A stretch of 64,000 bases of DNA from Ignavibacteriales bacterium (GTDB lineage Bacteria > Bacteroidota > Ignavibacteria > Ignavibacteriales > SURF-24). How positions within the stretch are numbered: the stretch's first letter is position 1; the number at the start of each line of letters is the position of its first letter. This document shows, piece by piece, positions 19,316-29,566 of this stretch. The stretch spans positions 40,181-104,180 of the forward strand of contig QZKB01000148.1 of assembly GCA_003599415.1 (NCBI GenBank), given 5' to 3'. The notes beneath the pieces were generated by a model. It saw only the letters and a list, made by a program, of their open reading frames with translations. It ran no database searches and was not told where the DNA came from. A program made the position numbers and the translations under genes.

Positions 19316-22300
19316 CTATTTCACTAAAATTAATTTTTTTGTAGAGATAAAATTTTCCGCCTTCAACTGGTAATAATAAATTCCGCTTGATAAGCTGCTT
19401 CCGTCGAAATGAATTTCATACCTGCCCGCTTGTTTCTCTTCATTCGTAAGCGTAAGTATTTCTTTTCCCAATATATCGTAAATTTTTAACGATACAAAAC
19501 CTGCTTCAGGAATCTGATAACGGATTGTTGTAGCAGGGTTGAATGGATTCGGAAAATTTTGTTCCAGTTCGTATTTATCGGGCACCCCGGTCAGTTCAAC
19601 TCCGGTGGTAATGTCAAATGCTACATTATCTGAATAAGGAGTCCAGCGAAGATTCTGATCACGATATTTTACTCTGTAATAATAAGTTTTCCCATCTGTA
19701 AATTTTGATTTACTTAAAGTAAGCGTTGATAGATCAATGCCGGCATTTTTGTCAACAGGATTAAAATTACCATCAACTCCGTAAATATTCTGCCAGTTGG
19801 AGATTGAATCAATTACGGTCGATTTGAAGTTCGGATCCTCACTTACCTGGAATCTTGAACTCATCAAAGCATCACTTCCTGTAAAAGCAGAAGCGTTAAA
19901 AACAATGCTGCTCTCGTTTTTAATAGGGTTGTTTGCAACGGGTTTTTCAGGTGCAGGTTGGTTTAATCTTCTGTGCCATCTATCTAACAATTCTGCATTA
20001 AGAGTTTTACTTTCATTGCCAAGGCTGTACATAGATTCTTCGAAAGTTTTATTCTCAATATCAATTTCCATTAAGAGAAAATGGTAATGATCAAACGAAG
20101 TGTGAATCTGCGGGTAATCCTTGTTTATGAATTCACCCCAGTTATCTGTAGCGCCGCCGCCGCCGCCGGCACATACTGTTCTGAAATCCCCATTATCTTT
20201 ATCTGATTCTATTACTCCTCTTTCAAAGGCATGAGTATGACCATAAGTAACCTGCTGTACTTTTGAATATTTTTTTAGAATCGGAAACAGTTCATTTCTT
20301 ACCCAGTTCGGCCCGCCATCAAATGTTAATGCTTCAACCCATAATTCTGTTAGGAAAGGATGATGGAAAATGAAGAATACAAAATCAATATTAGGATTGC
20401 TTTCGAATTCTTTTAATTTCATTTCTACCCACACTTTTTGAAGTGTGCCGGCTGACTTTACAATGTTTGTGTTAAGACTTATTATAGCTGTGTTTCCAAC
20501 TGTGAACGAATAGAATTTTTCATTCTGTGCACTTGGGTAAGGGAATGCAGAAAATTCATCGTAGTGAAAATAATCATAATAGAACTGGGTCTCTCCCTCA
20601 TGATTTCCTGTTGTTGTCATAATTGGGACATACGGAGAAAGGGGAGCGAATGGTGCAAAGTACTGATCAGTAAACTGGTTAATTGCACTTCCGTTTACAA
20701 CCAAATCCCCGGAATGAAGAATAAGGTTAATCTGGTTCTGGATATCAGTACCATATAATTCTTCAACTTTTTGTTTTGCAGCCCTTATAACTTTCATGGC
20801 CATGCTTGTATCGCTGGAATGAGTATCGCTGAACTGCAGAATTCTGATTTTTCCTTTATATGTTGAATCAGGGTAAGTTTTAAATGAATATATTTTTGAT
20901 TCACCGCTTCCGCTTATTGCTTTGTAGAAATAAGTAGTATTGGGCTGCAGGTTTGTTAATTTAACCGTATGCCATCTGAAAGGATCGCTGATAACTTCAT
21001 TTGTACCTGCAACAGATTGACCAAGGGACTCGGTCGTGCCGTATTCAACATTTGTAATAGCTGCGGCAGTATCATGCCAGCATATAAATGTAGAAGTAGG
21101 AGTTGTAGACTGAAGGTAGGGGAGTAGTACTAATTGTTTAATACCGGTCTGGTGTCCGAATCCTCCGAGGTTTTTAACCTCGTCATCGGTTAGGGAGTAA
21201 TTCCATATCTTTAATTCAGAACAATAAATCTCGCTGTCTTCACCATCGTTATCTGCAAAAATTAAAAGTTTATCAGCAAGAGCAAATCTTCCGTCTACAC
21301 TTTGTGCGGTTCCATTATGAATTAATTTTCCGTCAACGAAGTACTTGTACTGTTTTCCGTTCTCAACAGAAATTACAAGGCGGTACCATTCGTTTTTTTC
21401 AATCTGGCTGCTTGAATAGCCGGTTGCTCCAACACCGATATTTCCAGTAGGATTAATAAAACAATCGCCATCATCACCATTCCCGGTGCTGGTCTGAAAA
21501 AATGAATACCAGGGGCCCAAATCAGGAATTTTAAAATCGAATTGCAATGTGTAACTGTTAACAGATAAACCCCCGCCGTTTGCAGAAATTCCGTGTGTCA
21601 TTTTATAATAACTACCTATTCCAATTTTAACGGCGTCATTACCATTGGCTGGTCCGTCAACAATTTCGTGTGTGCCTATTAATTCTAAAGGAAGCCCAAG
21701 ATCCGGTTCTGCCTTTAAAACATCATTCGGGTCATCAAATTTCCAGTTACCAACAAGCTTGGGAGTATTAGCTGTTGTATCGCCTAATACATGTCCGAAT
21801 CCGCCTAATGCCATAATCTCACTTTCGGCTAAAGCTCTGCTCCAGATGGAAGTCTGTGCTATATCCATTACACCGTCTTCTCCATCGTTATCTGCAAAAA
21901 GAAGTAACGTCGCAGGTAATGAAAATCTACTGTCAATATTCTGTTTATTTCCATCCAGCAGAAGCTGCCCGTCTAGATAAGTGCGGAAAAATTCTCCATT
22001 CTTTACTGCAATTATCAGCCTGTACCATTCATTTGGTGAGACGGAGTAAGCCCCGTAACCAGTTGCATTTGTTCCTAATTTTCCTTCAGTATTAATGAAA
22101 AAATCGGCGTCATCTGAATTGGTTTGAGTTGTCTGGAAAAAGGCCTTCCAACTTGTAATATCAGGAACCTTGAAATCGAACTGAAGAGTATATTCATTTA
22201 CTAATGAACCACCGCCATTTGCAGAAATTCCATGTTCTGCCTGGTAGTAGCTTCCAGGGCCGATTCGTACTGCTTTATTATTTTGCGAAGGGCCATCGAC

Positions 22301-23089
22301 CTGCTGGTGGGTACCAACAAGGGTTAAATCTTTTCCAAGGAATCCTTCAGCCAGATTATCACTGTTATCAAATTTCCAGGTGCAAGCTGGTTGAAGGATG
22401 TCTACTGGTAATAAATGTCCATATCCACCAAGGTTTTGAACTTGATATGAAGTTAACGGTTTATCCCAAATTGCTACTTCAGCAACATCAATTTCACCAT
22501 CATCACCATCATTATCTCCGAAAAGTAAAACAATATTTTCAAGACTAAATCTGTCATCAATTACCTGTGCGGTTCCATCTAATAAAAGCTGGCCATCAAG
22601 GTAATACCTGTAATGTGTTCCGTTATTAACTGAGATTACAAGACGATACCATTCCCCTGCAGAAACAGCATAGGAAGAATAGCCGGTTGCCTGTAGACCA
22701 ATATTACCGCTTGTATTTATAAACCCTTCACCGTCATCACTGTTCAAAGGATTGGTTTGTAAAAAGGTATACCAACTTCCAATGCCTGGTACCTTAAAAT
22801 CAAATTGAATAGTATATTCATTAACTAATAATCCGCCGCCATTAGCGGATATGCCATGTGTCATTTTATAATAACTGCCAACACCTATACGTACAGCATT
22901 ATTTCCGGTTGCCGGGCCTTCAACGCTTGATTGGGTACCGACTAATTCAAGGTTAGAACCTACCTCAGATTTTGTAAGGTCAGAAGAATCATCAAACTTC
23001 CATTGACCAACCGGATTAGGAGTTTGTGAAAAAATTATCTGATAGTTTACTAAAAATAAAACGAGTAGAAAACGGAATGAACTTTTCAT
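19316..23089 (-). CDS. T9SS-secreted metallophosphoesterase (purple-acid-phosphatase-like) with three N-terminal LamG/ConA-like repeats
   Basis: Three ~200-aa repeats (WKFD...HGISANGGG..VNxYTxQFDFK...WYRLxI...LxFxDNDGxD); PYLQ..HTVKLTNLQPNTTYFYK FN3-like domain; metal motifs SDTH, GDLV, GNHE, HHP, GHTH; CTD. Confidence 0.85.
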   Translation of the reverse strand: MKSSFRFLLVLFLVNYQIIFSQTPNPVGQWKFDDSSDLTKSEVGSNLELVGTQSSVEGPATGNNAVRIGVGSYYKMTHGISANGGGLLVNEYTIQFDFKVPGIGSWYTFLQTNPLNSDDGEGFINTSGNIGLQATGYSSYAVSAGEWYRLVISVNNGTHYRYYLDGQLLLDGTAQVIDDRFSLENIVLLFGDNDGDDGEIDVAEVAIWDKPLTSYQVQNLGGYGHLLPVDILQPACTWKFDNSDNLAEGFLGKDLTLVGTHQQVDGPSQNNKAVRIGPGSYYQAEHGISANGGGSLVNEYTLQFDFKVPDITSWKAFFQTTQTNSDDADFFINTEGKLGTNATGYGAYSVSPNEWYRLIIAVKNGEFFRTYLDGQLLLDGNKQNIDSRFSLPATLLLFADNDGEDGVMDIAQTSIWSRALAESEIMALGGFGHVLGDTTANTPKLVGNWKFDDPNDVLKAEPDLGLPLELIGTHEIVDGPANGNDAVKIGIGSYYKMTHGISANGGGLSVNSYTLQFDFKIPDLGPWYSFFQTSTGNGDDGDCFINPTGNIGVGATGYSSSQIEKNEWYRLVISVENGKQYKYFVDGKLIHNGTAQSVDGRFALADKLLIFADNDGEDSEIYCSELKIWNYSLTDDEVKNLGGFGHQTGIKQLVLLPYLQSTTPTSTFICWHDTAAAITNVEYGTTESLGQSVAGTNEVISDPFRWHTVKLTNLQPNTTYFYKAISGSGESKIYSFKTYPDSTYKGKIRILQFSDTHSSDTSMAMKVIRAAKQKVEELYGTDIQNQINLILHSGDLVVNGSAINQFTDQYFAPFAPLSPYVPIMTTTGNHEGETQFYYDYFHYDEFSAFPYPSAQNEKFYSFTVGNTAIISLNTNIVKSAGTLQKVWVEMKLKEFESNPNIDFVFFIFHHPFLTELWVEALTFDGGPNWVRNELFPILKKYSKVQQVTYGHTHAFERGVIESDKDNGDFRTVCAGGGGGATDNWGEFINKDYPQIHTSFDHYHFLLMEIDIENKTFEESMYSLGNESKTLNAELLDRWHRRLNQPAPEKPVANNPIKNESSIVFNASAFTGSDALMSSRFQVSEDPNFKSTVIDSISNWQNIYGVDGNFNPVDKNAGIDLSTLTLSKSKFTDGKTYYYRVKYRDQNLRWTPYSDNVAFDITTGVELTGVPDKYELEQNFPNPFNPATTIRYQIPEAGFVSLKIYDILGKEILTLTNEEKQAGRYEIHFDGSSLSSGIYYYQLKAENFISTKKLILVK

Positions 23090-23139
23090 ATTTATCCTGC
23101 ATTTAAAATAGATTTTTTGAAAAGGGAACTACTGGAATG

Positions 23140-23187
23140 CAAAAATAGAAGAGGGAGCATGGAATCACAATCGCATGTTCATGGTAT
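23140..23187 (-). promoter_or_regulatory. Promoter with conserved 18-bp box (candidate NarL-family site) and TAnnTTTG element
   Basis: + strand ATCGCATGTTCATGGTAT at 23170-23187; minus-strand TATTTTTG at 23147-23140, 22 bp downstream; same box upstream of three neighbouring genes. Confidence 0.7.
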
Positions 23188-23242
23188 TATGGTGTTTTAA
23201 AAAAACAGTACTTATAAGGAAATTTTAAGGCAGGTTAATTTG

Positions 23243-23270
23243 AAAAAAAAGGGGAGCTTCTGCTCCCCTT
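23243..23270 (-). terminator. Intrinsic terminator after the GDPD gene
   Basis: Stem GGGGAGC/GCTCCCC with 4-nt loop, followed by U8 on the minus strand. Confidence 0.85.
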
Positions 23271-23297
23271 AAATGTGGAAATTAAGTACGGACAAAT

Positions 23298-26200
23298 TTA
23301 CTTCATTAAGATCATCTTTCTTGTCTGAATGTAATTCCCGGCTTGCATTCTGAAAAAATAAATTCCGCTTGCATATCCGGCTCCGTTGAAGGAGATTTCA
23401 TAAGTACCAGCTTCCTTCTCTTCATTCACCAGGTTAGCTACTTCCCTGCCTAAAGCATCAAAAATTCTTATATTAACTTTTGATGAGACCGGTAATTCAT
23501 AGTTAAATTTTGTTTCAGGATTAAATGGATTCGGGAAATTCTGTGAAAGAGAATATTCTTTCGGAACATTCTTTCCTGATTCAACAATCTGGGAATACCA
23601 TGCAGAACCGTCAAGATCAATCTGTTTCAGGCGGTAATAGTAATTACCAGCTTTAATATTCCTATCAATAAAAGAGTAGCTATGTTTTTCAGTTGATGTT
23701 CCAAATCCCGCAACAAACCCGATTTTTATGAAATCTGTTTTATTGCTGCTCTTTTGTATTTCGAATCCGGCATTATTTGTTTCAGTAGCTGTTGACCATT
23801 TCAAATTAACATTGTTTGCGTTAGTTTCTGCTGTAAATGAAGACAGTTCTACCGGGACATTTATAATTACAGGCATTTTACAATTGCTGTATAGTTGAGA
23901 AATTTCCTCTGTAGAAAGTGCTCTGTCAAATATTGCAACATTATCTAATTGGCCATTAAGGTAAGAAATAGTACCCGTGGTTCCGCTTTTACCAAGCATT
24001 GCAACCTGTCCTGTTAATACTGTACCCGTTAAAGGAAGAGTTCCTTTTAGAACTCCATTCATATAAATCTGTGCATTAGCGCCATCATAAACACCAACAA
24101 CATTAATCCATTTTCCAGTAATCAGGTCAGCCTGAGCAATACCGGGTCTTGCTGCGCCGCCTGTTGTTGCTGCTTTAAATCTTAATTCTTTATTCCCTTT
24201 ATCTGCATAGATTACATATTGGTCTCCCTGAGAATCAAACAAAGGTCCGTAAGACATTGTCATTTCTGTTGGGAGATAATTAAGTTTTGTCCAAACAGAT
24301 ACAGTCACCTTGCCAGATGTAATATCGAACGAAGGTGAAGATGAAAACTGTACATAATTATCAACTCCGTTAAAGCCAAGTGCATTACCTGAGTATCCTG
24401 CCCATGGACTTGAACTCATAATTGTACCGTTATTTTTATTCGGGGAAAAATCGAATAATGTATCCGTACGGGCTTCATCCATTGAGTAATATGCAATTAA
24501 GTTTGGAGGAAAACCAAAATGATGAACGACATATGAACTGTTCTCAGCAATTGTATTTTGAATCGCAGCTCTGTCTTTCAGGTTATTTATCATTAATACA
24601 TATTCTAAATTTGATAAAGGTGTTGTGGTAAGAATAACCGATTTTCCGTCGAGAGCTAATACTGCGGTTTGTACAGAAACACCGTTATCAAAAACATAAT
24701 TGGATTTATTTTCTGCCGTTGACTCATCAAGCATTTCGCTGAATTCAACTATAACCTTAGTTTCCTCTCCGTAAGATGTTATATATACAGGTTGAGGAGG
24801 CTTAGTATCAGTAGTTGTAGTTGCGGTTACTTCATTGCTGTAGTTTTGGCTTAAAAGCGCCTGAGAATTTTTGGCTCTAACCCTGTAATAAAAAGTTTTA
24901 TTTTCAGTATTGGTAGCGTCAAGAAATGATGTTTGATCTCTATCTACTGTAGCAATCAAAGTTGTGGGTGACGGATTAAGATCTCTGTAAATTTCATATC
25001 CGACAATTACACTTTCATAAGTTACTGAAGGCTGCCAGGTTAATTGAACATCTGTTTCAGTCACAGAAGGAATGTCCAGGATAACATCTGAAGGATGAGG
25101 ATCAATGGCAGCAGTGTTAACTGATGAATAAATATCAAATATTTCTTCCGGTGATAGAGCCCTGTTAAATACTTCAACATGATCAATCTTGCCTTTAAAG
25201 TATGAGGGGGTCCCCTGAACGCCGCTCTTTCCAAGCATTGCTACCTGACCGGATTTAACATTTCCGGTAAGAGAATGAGAATCCTTAAGAACACCATTAA
25301 GGTAAATCTTTGCGTTTGATCCATCGTAAACTCCCACTACATGTATCCATTCTCCGGCTATAAGATCAGCGCCCGGTATTCCCGGCCGTTCTGCTGAAAC
25401 GGTTGTTGCGGTTTTAAATCTTAATTCATTATTTCCTTTATCTTCGTACAAAACATATTGGTCGCCGTCGGAATCGAAAAGCGGACCATATGCTCCCGGC
25501 AAATCTGCAGGCACATATGCTAATTTAGTCCACAGCGAAACCGTAACTGCCGGACCATTAATATCAAAGGAAGATGAAGTGGTGAATTGTACAAAGTCAT
25601 TAACTCCGTCAAACTCAAGTGCATTTCCAAGCAAACCCTCTGAAATGAATGCTCCGTTTTTAATTGTTCCATTATTAGCATTAGAGGTACCGTCAAGAAT
25701 CAGCGTATCGGAACCACTTACCTGAACATCATCAAGCTTATAATATGCAATCATATTTGAAGCCATATTATAATGCCTGAAAATAGTTGAACTCGTAACC
25801 ATTTTATTCGCAGTAATTGCTCTGTCTGTTATATTCTTTACGGTAATAGTATAAGTTGTGTCAGTCATACTTGTGGTTGTTAGTGTTACGGTTTTTAAGT
25901 CCAATGCTAATTTTGCGCCAAGTACCTTAACATTTTTGTTTATTGAATAATTTGTTTTTGTTTCTGCTGTTGTTTGTTCAACTCTTTCGCTGAATTGTAC
26001 ATAAACTGTAAAAGTATCACCCTTTGAGGTTACAGATGAAACAGTAGGTTTAGTTGCGTCAGTTAAAGTTGTAGCAGATACATTGTTGCTATAATTGTTA
26101 CTTAGTAAACCCGCAGCGTTTTTAGCTTTAATACGGTAGTGATATGTTTTATTTTCATTATATGTCTCATCAATAAATTCGGTTGTATCTCCAACGGTCG

Positions 26201-27125
26201 TGTATAAAGTTGTTGGGTCGGCATTTATATCGCGGTAAATCTCATATCCGGCTATTCCACTTTCTGGATCTGAAGCCTCTCCCCATTTTAATGTAATTTT
26301 TGTTTCACCAGTTGGGACCGCAGAATCAATCACTACATCAGTTGGGGCCGTAACATCAGAAACAATAACAAGAGTTTGAGGATAATTGGTTGTAATAGCA
26401 TCAATACCCTGTCCAATCAAAGTTAACATCTGGCTTGAACTATTAATTGTCCATGCGTTAAAAAAAATATTTTTAGAGTGGGCATATTCAATTAAAGAAT
26501 TGGTAATTGATCCACCGCTTCCAACCCATTCACCGCCAAGTGATGCTACCTGATCAATCATGGATGTGGTTATTGTTCCAAAAAGCTGGACGTCAATTGA
26601 AGTATCCAGGAATTTTGAAACTGCAAGCTGGGAAGAAGTAAAGCTTGAAAGTATTACCCGACTCTGCATATTCCAGTCCTGAATCATCTTGACGACCTTT
26701 TGTACAATGGTAGCATCAGAAGATTTAATTTCTGCAACGATATCAATATCAGGATTATCTTTTGCCAGTTTTAATGCTTCGGCAAAGGTAGGAATTTTTT
26801 CACCGGTAAAAACAGTGCTAAACCAGGAGCCTGCATCCAACGCGCGAAGCTGTGCATAAGTAAAGGAACTTAAACTTCCGGTTCCATCGGTTGTACGGTC
26901 AAGTGTGTTATCGTGCATTATCATAAGCGAGTCATCACTTGACAATTGAATATCAAGCTCAAAATAGTCCGCTTTAGCTTCAATTGCTTTTACCCAGGCA
27001 GAATAGGTGTTTTCGGGTGCCAGTGAAGAACAACCTCTGTGTGCAATATTAATTACAGTAGCAAAGCTTTGAAAACCGGAAAGCAGGATTATTGCTGTAA
27101 TTAGGAACAGTGTCTTTCTAATCAT
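23298..27125 (-). CDS. T9SS-secreted glycerophosphodiester phosphodiesterase (GDPD) fused to two FN3-Ig-LamG blocks
   Basis: IAHRG, APENT, ELDIQ, MHD, EIK, WTIN, ITTN GDPD motifs; duplicated FN3 (GYEIYRD)-Ig (FSE)-LamG (FDGVNDFV/FNGVDNYV; WIHVVGVYDG/WINVVGVYDG) blocks; VPVELSSF domain; CTD. Confidence 0.88.
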   Translation of the reverse strand: MIRKTLFLITAIILLSGFQSFATVINIAHRGCSSLAPENTYSAWVKAIEAKADYFELDIQLSSDDSLMIMHDNTLDRTTDGTGSLSSFTYAQLRALDAGSWFSTVFTGEKIPTFAEALKLAKDNPDIDIVAEIKSSDATIVQKVVKMIQDWNMQSRVILSSFTSSQLAVSKFLDTSIDVQLFGTITTSMIDQVASLGGEWVGSGGSITNSLIEYAHSKNIFFNAWTINSSSQMLTLIGQGIDAITTNYPQTLVIVSDVTAPTDVVIDSAVPTGETKITLKWGEASDPESGIAGYEIYRDINADPTTLYTTVGDTTEFIDETYNENKTYHYRIKAKNAAGLLSNNYSNNVSATTLTDATKPTVSSVTSKGDTFTVYVQFSERVEQTTAETKTNYSINKNVKVLGAKLALDLKTVTLTTTSMTDTTYTITVKNITDRAITANKMVTSSTIFRHYNMASNMIAYYKLDDVQVSGSDTLILDGTSNANNGTIKNGAFISEGLLGNALEFDGVNDFVQFTTSSSFDINGPAVTVSLWTKLAYVPADLPGAYGPLFDSDGDQYVLYEDKGNNELRFKTATTVSAERPGIPGADLIAGEWIHVVGVYDGSNAKIYLNGVLKDSHSLTGNVKSGQVAMLGKSGVQGTPSYFKGKIDHVEVFNRALSPEEIFDIYSSVNTAAIDPHPSDVILDIPSVTETDVQLTWQPSVTYESVIVGYEIYRDLNPSPTTLIATVDRDQTSFLDATNTENKTFYYRVRAKNSQALLSQNYSNEVTATTTTDTKPPQPVYITSYGEETKVIVEFSEMLDESTAENKSNYVFDNGVSVQTAVLALDGKSVILTTTPLSNLEYVLMINNLKDRAAIQNTIAENSSYVVHHFGFPPNLIAYYSMDEARTDTLFDFSPNKNNGTIMSSSPWAGYSGNALGFNGVDNYVQFSSSPSFDITSGKVTVSVWTKLNYLPTEMTMSYGPLFDSQGDQYVIYADKGNKELRFKAATTGGAARPGIAQADLITGKWINVVGVYDGANAQIYMNGVLKGTLPLTGTVLTGQVAMLGKSGTTGTISYLNGQLDNVAIFDRALSTEEISQLYSNCKMPVIINVPVELSSFTAETNANNVNLKWSTATETNNAGFEIQKSSNKTDFIKIGFVAGFGTSTEKHSYSFIDRNIKAGNYYYRLKQIDLDGSAWYSQIVESGKNVPKEYSLSQNFPNPFNPETKFNYELPVSSKVNIRIFDALGREVANLVNEEKEAGTYEISFNGAGYASGIYFFRMQAGNYIQTRKMILMK

Positions 27126-27237
27126 TTAATACTCCATATTGTTAATTAATAAAGTTTATTCGTGAGAAATATATTTACGAATCAATCATGCTTTTGTTTC
27201 AGTATTGTGAGTAATGGCCTCGGACTTTTGACCGTTG

Positions 27238-27285
27238 TTAAAATAGATTTTTATAAAAGGCATATCAATCGCATGTATGTGGTAT
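27238..27285 (-). promoter_or_regulatory. Promoter with conserved 18-bp box (candidate NarL-family site)
   Basis: + strand ATCGCATGTATGTGGTAT at 27268-27285; minus-strand TATTTTAA 22 bp downstream. Confidence 0.7.
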
Positions 27286-27297
27286 TCTAAGCCGGGA

Positions 27298-28668
27298 TTA
27301 TTTCATTAAAATCATTGGTCTTGTTTCTGCTTTATCAGCGGATATTAAATTATAAAAATATATTCCCGAGGCTAAGTCTGTTGCATTAAATACGGTTGTG
27401 TAATTTCCTGTATTTTTATATTCATTAATTAATGTTTTTATCTCATTACCCATCAAGTCATAAATTGTTAATTTTACTTTACCCGGCTTATCAATATAGA
27501 ATTCAATTGTTGTTGAAGGATTGAACGGATTGGGGTAGTTCTGTTTAAGTTGAAAATGATCCGGTGATTTTGACTCAGAATTATTTTCAATGCCGGTAGT
27601 CCATCCGAGTTTTTCTGTTATGTATGAAGCAAGTTTTTCTCCCATAGCTTTCTGGTGGCGAACCCGCGGGTGTTTTGACCATGCAGGATCAAAGGGGAAG
27701 AAATATGTTCCGATGTTTTGATCATTATCGTTATTGTTTAATGATTCTACTGCACCTTTTATATATCCGGGCCAGGGTGATCCGGTTCTTGTAGCATCCA
27801 TACTGCCTAATGCACAAACAATAAAAGCAGCCTGATGATGACTGCGGATTTTACGTACAAAATTAGCGTAAGTATTTGTTATGGTTGCAGAATCCCTTGA
27901 ACCAAGTAGCCAACTGTCATTCTGCATAATATTGATTACTACAACATCTGGTACAAACAAATCAAAATCCCACTCACTTTCTGCTTTTTCAGGATCAAGC
28001 CGGTAGTAATAATCGGGCATAACCAGATTGAAAAAACTTTTCATAAGCCCAATACCGCTTTTTGCAATGCACATATACTCAGCCTTTAATAACCGTGATG
28101 CCACAGCACCATAGGCGAGAAAATTATTTTCGTATTTCAGATTATCATCGGCATAAGAATCAGGTGCTTCATCACCATACCCGCAGGTAATCGAATCTCC
28201 ATAGAATAATATCTTACGTAAAAGTTCTGCATCCGGTTCAAGAAGGTTTTTTCCTTCATCTATTTCCAATCCAAGGAATTTGGTTGAACCTGTGGATGCT
28301 TCCGTTCTGCGGAAAATTAATAGACTATGAACAGTATCTTTTAATACGGATGAAACCGGATATTTGTTGCTGCCTTTCTTGCAATCAATTAGAAAAGGAT
28401 GATCATAATCCTCATCAATGTAAATATCAAAATAAGACTGACCTGTTGAATCATCCAGGGTTATACTAAGCGAAGTACCTTCAAACTTAGTCTTAATGTA
28501 TGTTCCCGGCCAATAAAGAACAGGGCTATCAGGAACACTATTGTTAATTCTTCCCACATAAAAGAAGTTGGGATTATCTGCTGTAATTGTTGTCCCCGAT
28601 AAATTTGTGATCAATAAAAAAAGAATGAACGGAAGTAAACGTAAAGTATTAAAAGTAACCTTAGCCAT
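27298..28668 (-). CDS. T9SS-secreted SGNH/GDSL carbohydrate esterase, CE2-like
   Basis: CE2 N-domain-like YVGRI/WPGTYI; GDSITCGYG; SGIG; QND; KHP (His without the upstream Asp, as in CE2 dyad enzymes); CTD. Confidence 0.8.
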   Translation of the reverse strand: MAKVTFNTLRLLPFILFLLITNLSGTTITADNPNFFYVGRINNSVPDSPVLYWPGTYIKTKFEGTSLSITLDDSTGQSYFDIYIDEDYDHPFLIDCKKGSNKYPVSSVLKDTVHSLLIFRRTEASTGSTKFLGLEIDEGKNLLEPDAELLRKILFYGDSITCGYGDEAPDSYADDNLKYENNFLAYGAVASRLLKAEYMCIAKSGIGLMKSFFNLVMPDYYYRLDPEKAESEWDFDLFVPDVVVINIMQNDSWLLGSRDSATITNTYANFVRKIRSHHQAAFIVCALGSMDATRTGSPWPGYIKGAVESLNNNDNDQNIGTYFFPFDPAWSKHPRVRHQKAMGEKLASYITEKLGWTTGIENNSESKSPDHFQLKQNYPNPFNPSTTIEFYIDKPGKVKLTIYDLMGNEIKTLINEYKNTGNYTTVFNATDLASGIYFYNLISADKAETRPMILMK

Positions 28669-28757
28669 TTAAAACCTCTCGATTTAGAATCTTGTTATTG
28701 CATAAGTATTTATATCAACAAAGAATTGAATCCAGGTAATTTTCTGAATTGTCAGTA

Positions 28758-28806
28758 AAAAAATAACCTTGACGGAAGCCGTGCATCAATAGCATGTTCG
28801 TGGTAT
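28758..28806 (-). promoter_or_regulatory. Promoter with conserved 18-bp box (candidate NarL-family site)
   Basis: + strand ATAGCATGTTCGTGGTAT at 28789-28806; minus-strand TATTTTTT 23 bp downstream. Confidence 0.7.
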
Positions 28807-28883
28807 AAATATATTTCCTGAGGAGTTTTTTAACAGCAGAGAAACCAGGCGAGGAAATACCTGAAGTAAGTTTGATTGGAAAA

Positions 28884-29564
28884 TTAAGGTAACAGATTCT
28901 CTTTATAAACTTTTGAAATTACTCCGGCGCGCGTATTTACATGGAGTTTTGTATATATATTTTTAACGTGAGTATTTACCGTGTGAAAACTCAGGAATAA
29001 TTTATCTGCAATTTGTTGTTTGGTTAACCCTGAAATAATGAACTGAAGAATTTCTTTTTCCCTGTCTGTCAACCCGTAGTCCTTTTTCTTTGGCTTCAAA
29101 CGGGTAAACATGTCCAGCACCTTATGAGCTATTTTCATATTCATTGGTGCGCCGCCTGCTAAAATTTCTTTTATTGCATCAACAATTTTTTCCGGTGAAG
29201 AATCTTTAAGCATATAACCCGATGCACCGGCGCATAGTGCATCAAAGACGTTATCATTATCATCATAAACAGTTAGTATTAATATCTGTACCAAAGGTGA
29301 TATTGTTTTAAACTTTTCAATGCCTGCAATTCCGCTCATACCCGGCAGCCCAATATCAAGCAGAATTATTTCAGGACCATTTTCGTGTTTAAGCACATCA
29401 ATTGCTTCTTCACACATTGAAAAGGAGTGCGAACATCTCATCCCTTGCGTTCTTTCAATCAGATTAACCAGTGATTTTCTATACCGGAGGTTATCTTCAA
29501 TAATCCATATATCTATTTGATTCGCAGTTGTTTCGGAACTCATTTTTTTTTGTATTATTTTCAT
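28884..29564 (-). CDS. NarL/FixJ-family response regulator (REC + LuxR HTH); true start probably ATG at 29543
   Basis: IIEDN, LLDIGLPGMSG, LTVYD, GASGYMLK, LTDREKEIL...IADKLFLSFHTVNTHVKNIYTKLHV. Confidence 0.95.
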   Translation of the reverse strand: MKIIQKKMSSETTANQIDIWIIEDNLRYRKSLVNLIERTQGMRCSHSFSMCEEAIDVLKHENGPEIILLDIGLPGMSGIAGIEKFKTISPLVQILILTVYDDNDNVFDALCAGASGYMLKDSSPEKIVDAIKEILAGGAPMNMKIAHKVLDMFTRLKPKKKDYGLTDREKEILQFIISGLTKQQIADKLFLSFHTVNTHVKNIYTKLHVNTRAGVISKVYKENLLP

Positions 29565-29566
29565 TT

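Noticed and set aside
20151-20170. GC-rich (GCC)n microsatellite
   Set aside because: Encodes the AGGGGGA loop typical of metallophosphoesterase C-termini; triplet unit, so no phase-variation frameshift.
22204-22548. Plus-strand 114-aa ORF with a poly-His run (HQFHHHHHHY)
   Set aside because: Antisense shadow of the GAT/GGT codons of the DNDGDDGEID loop in the phosphoesterase; no independent evidence.
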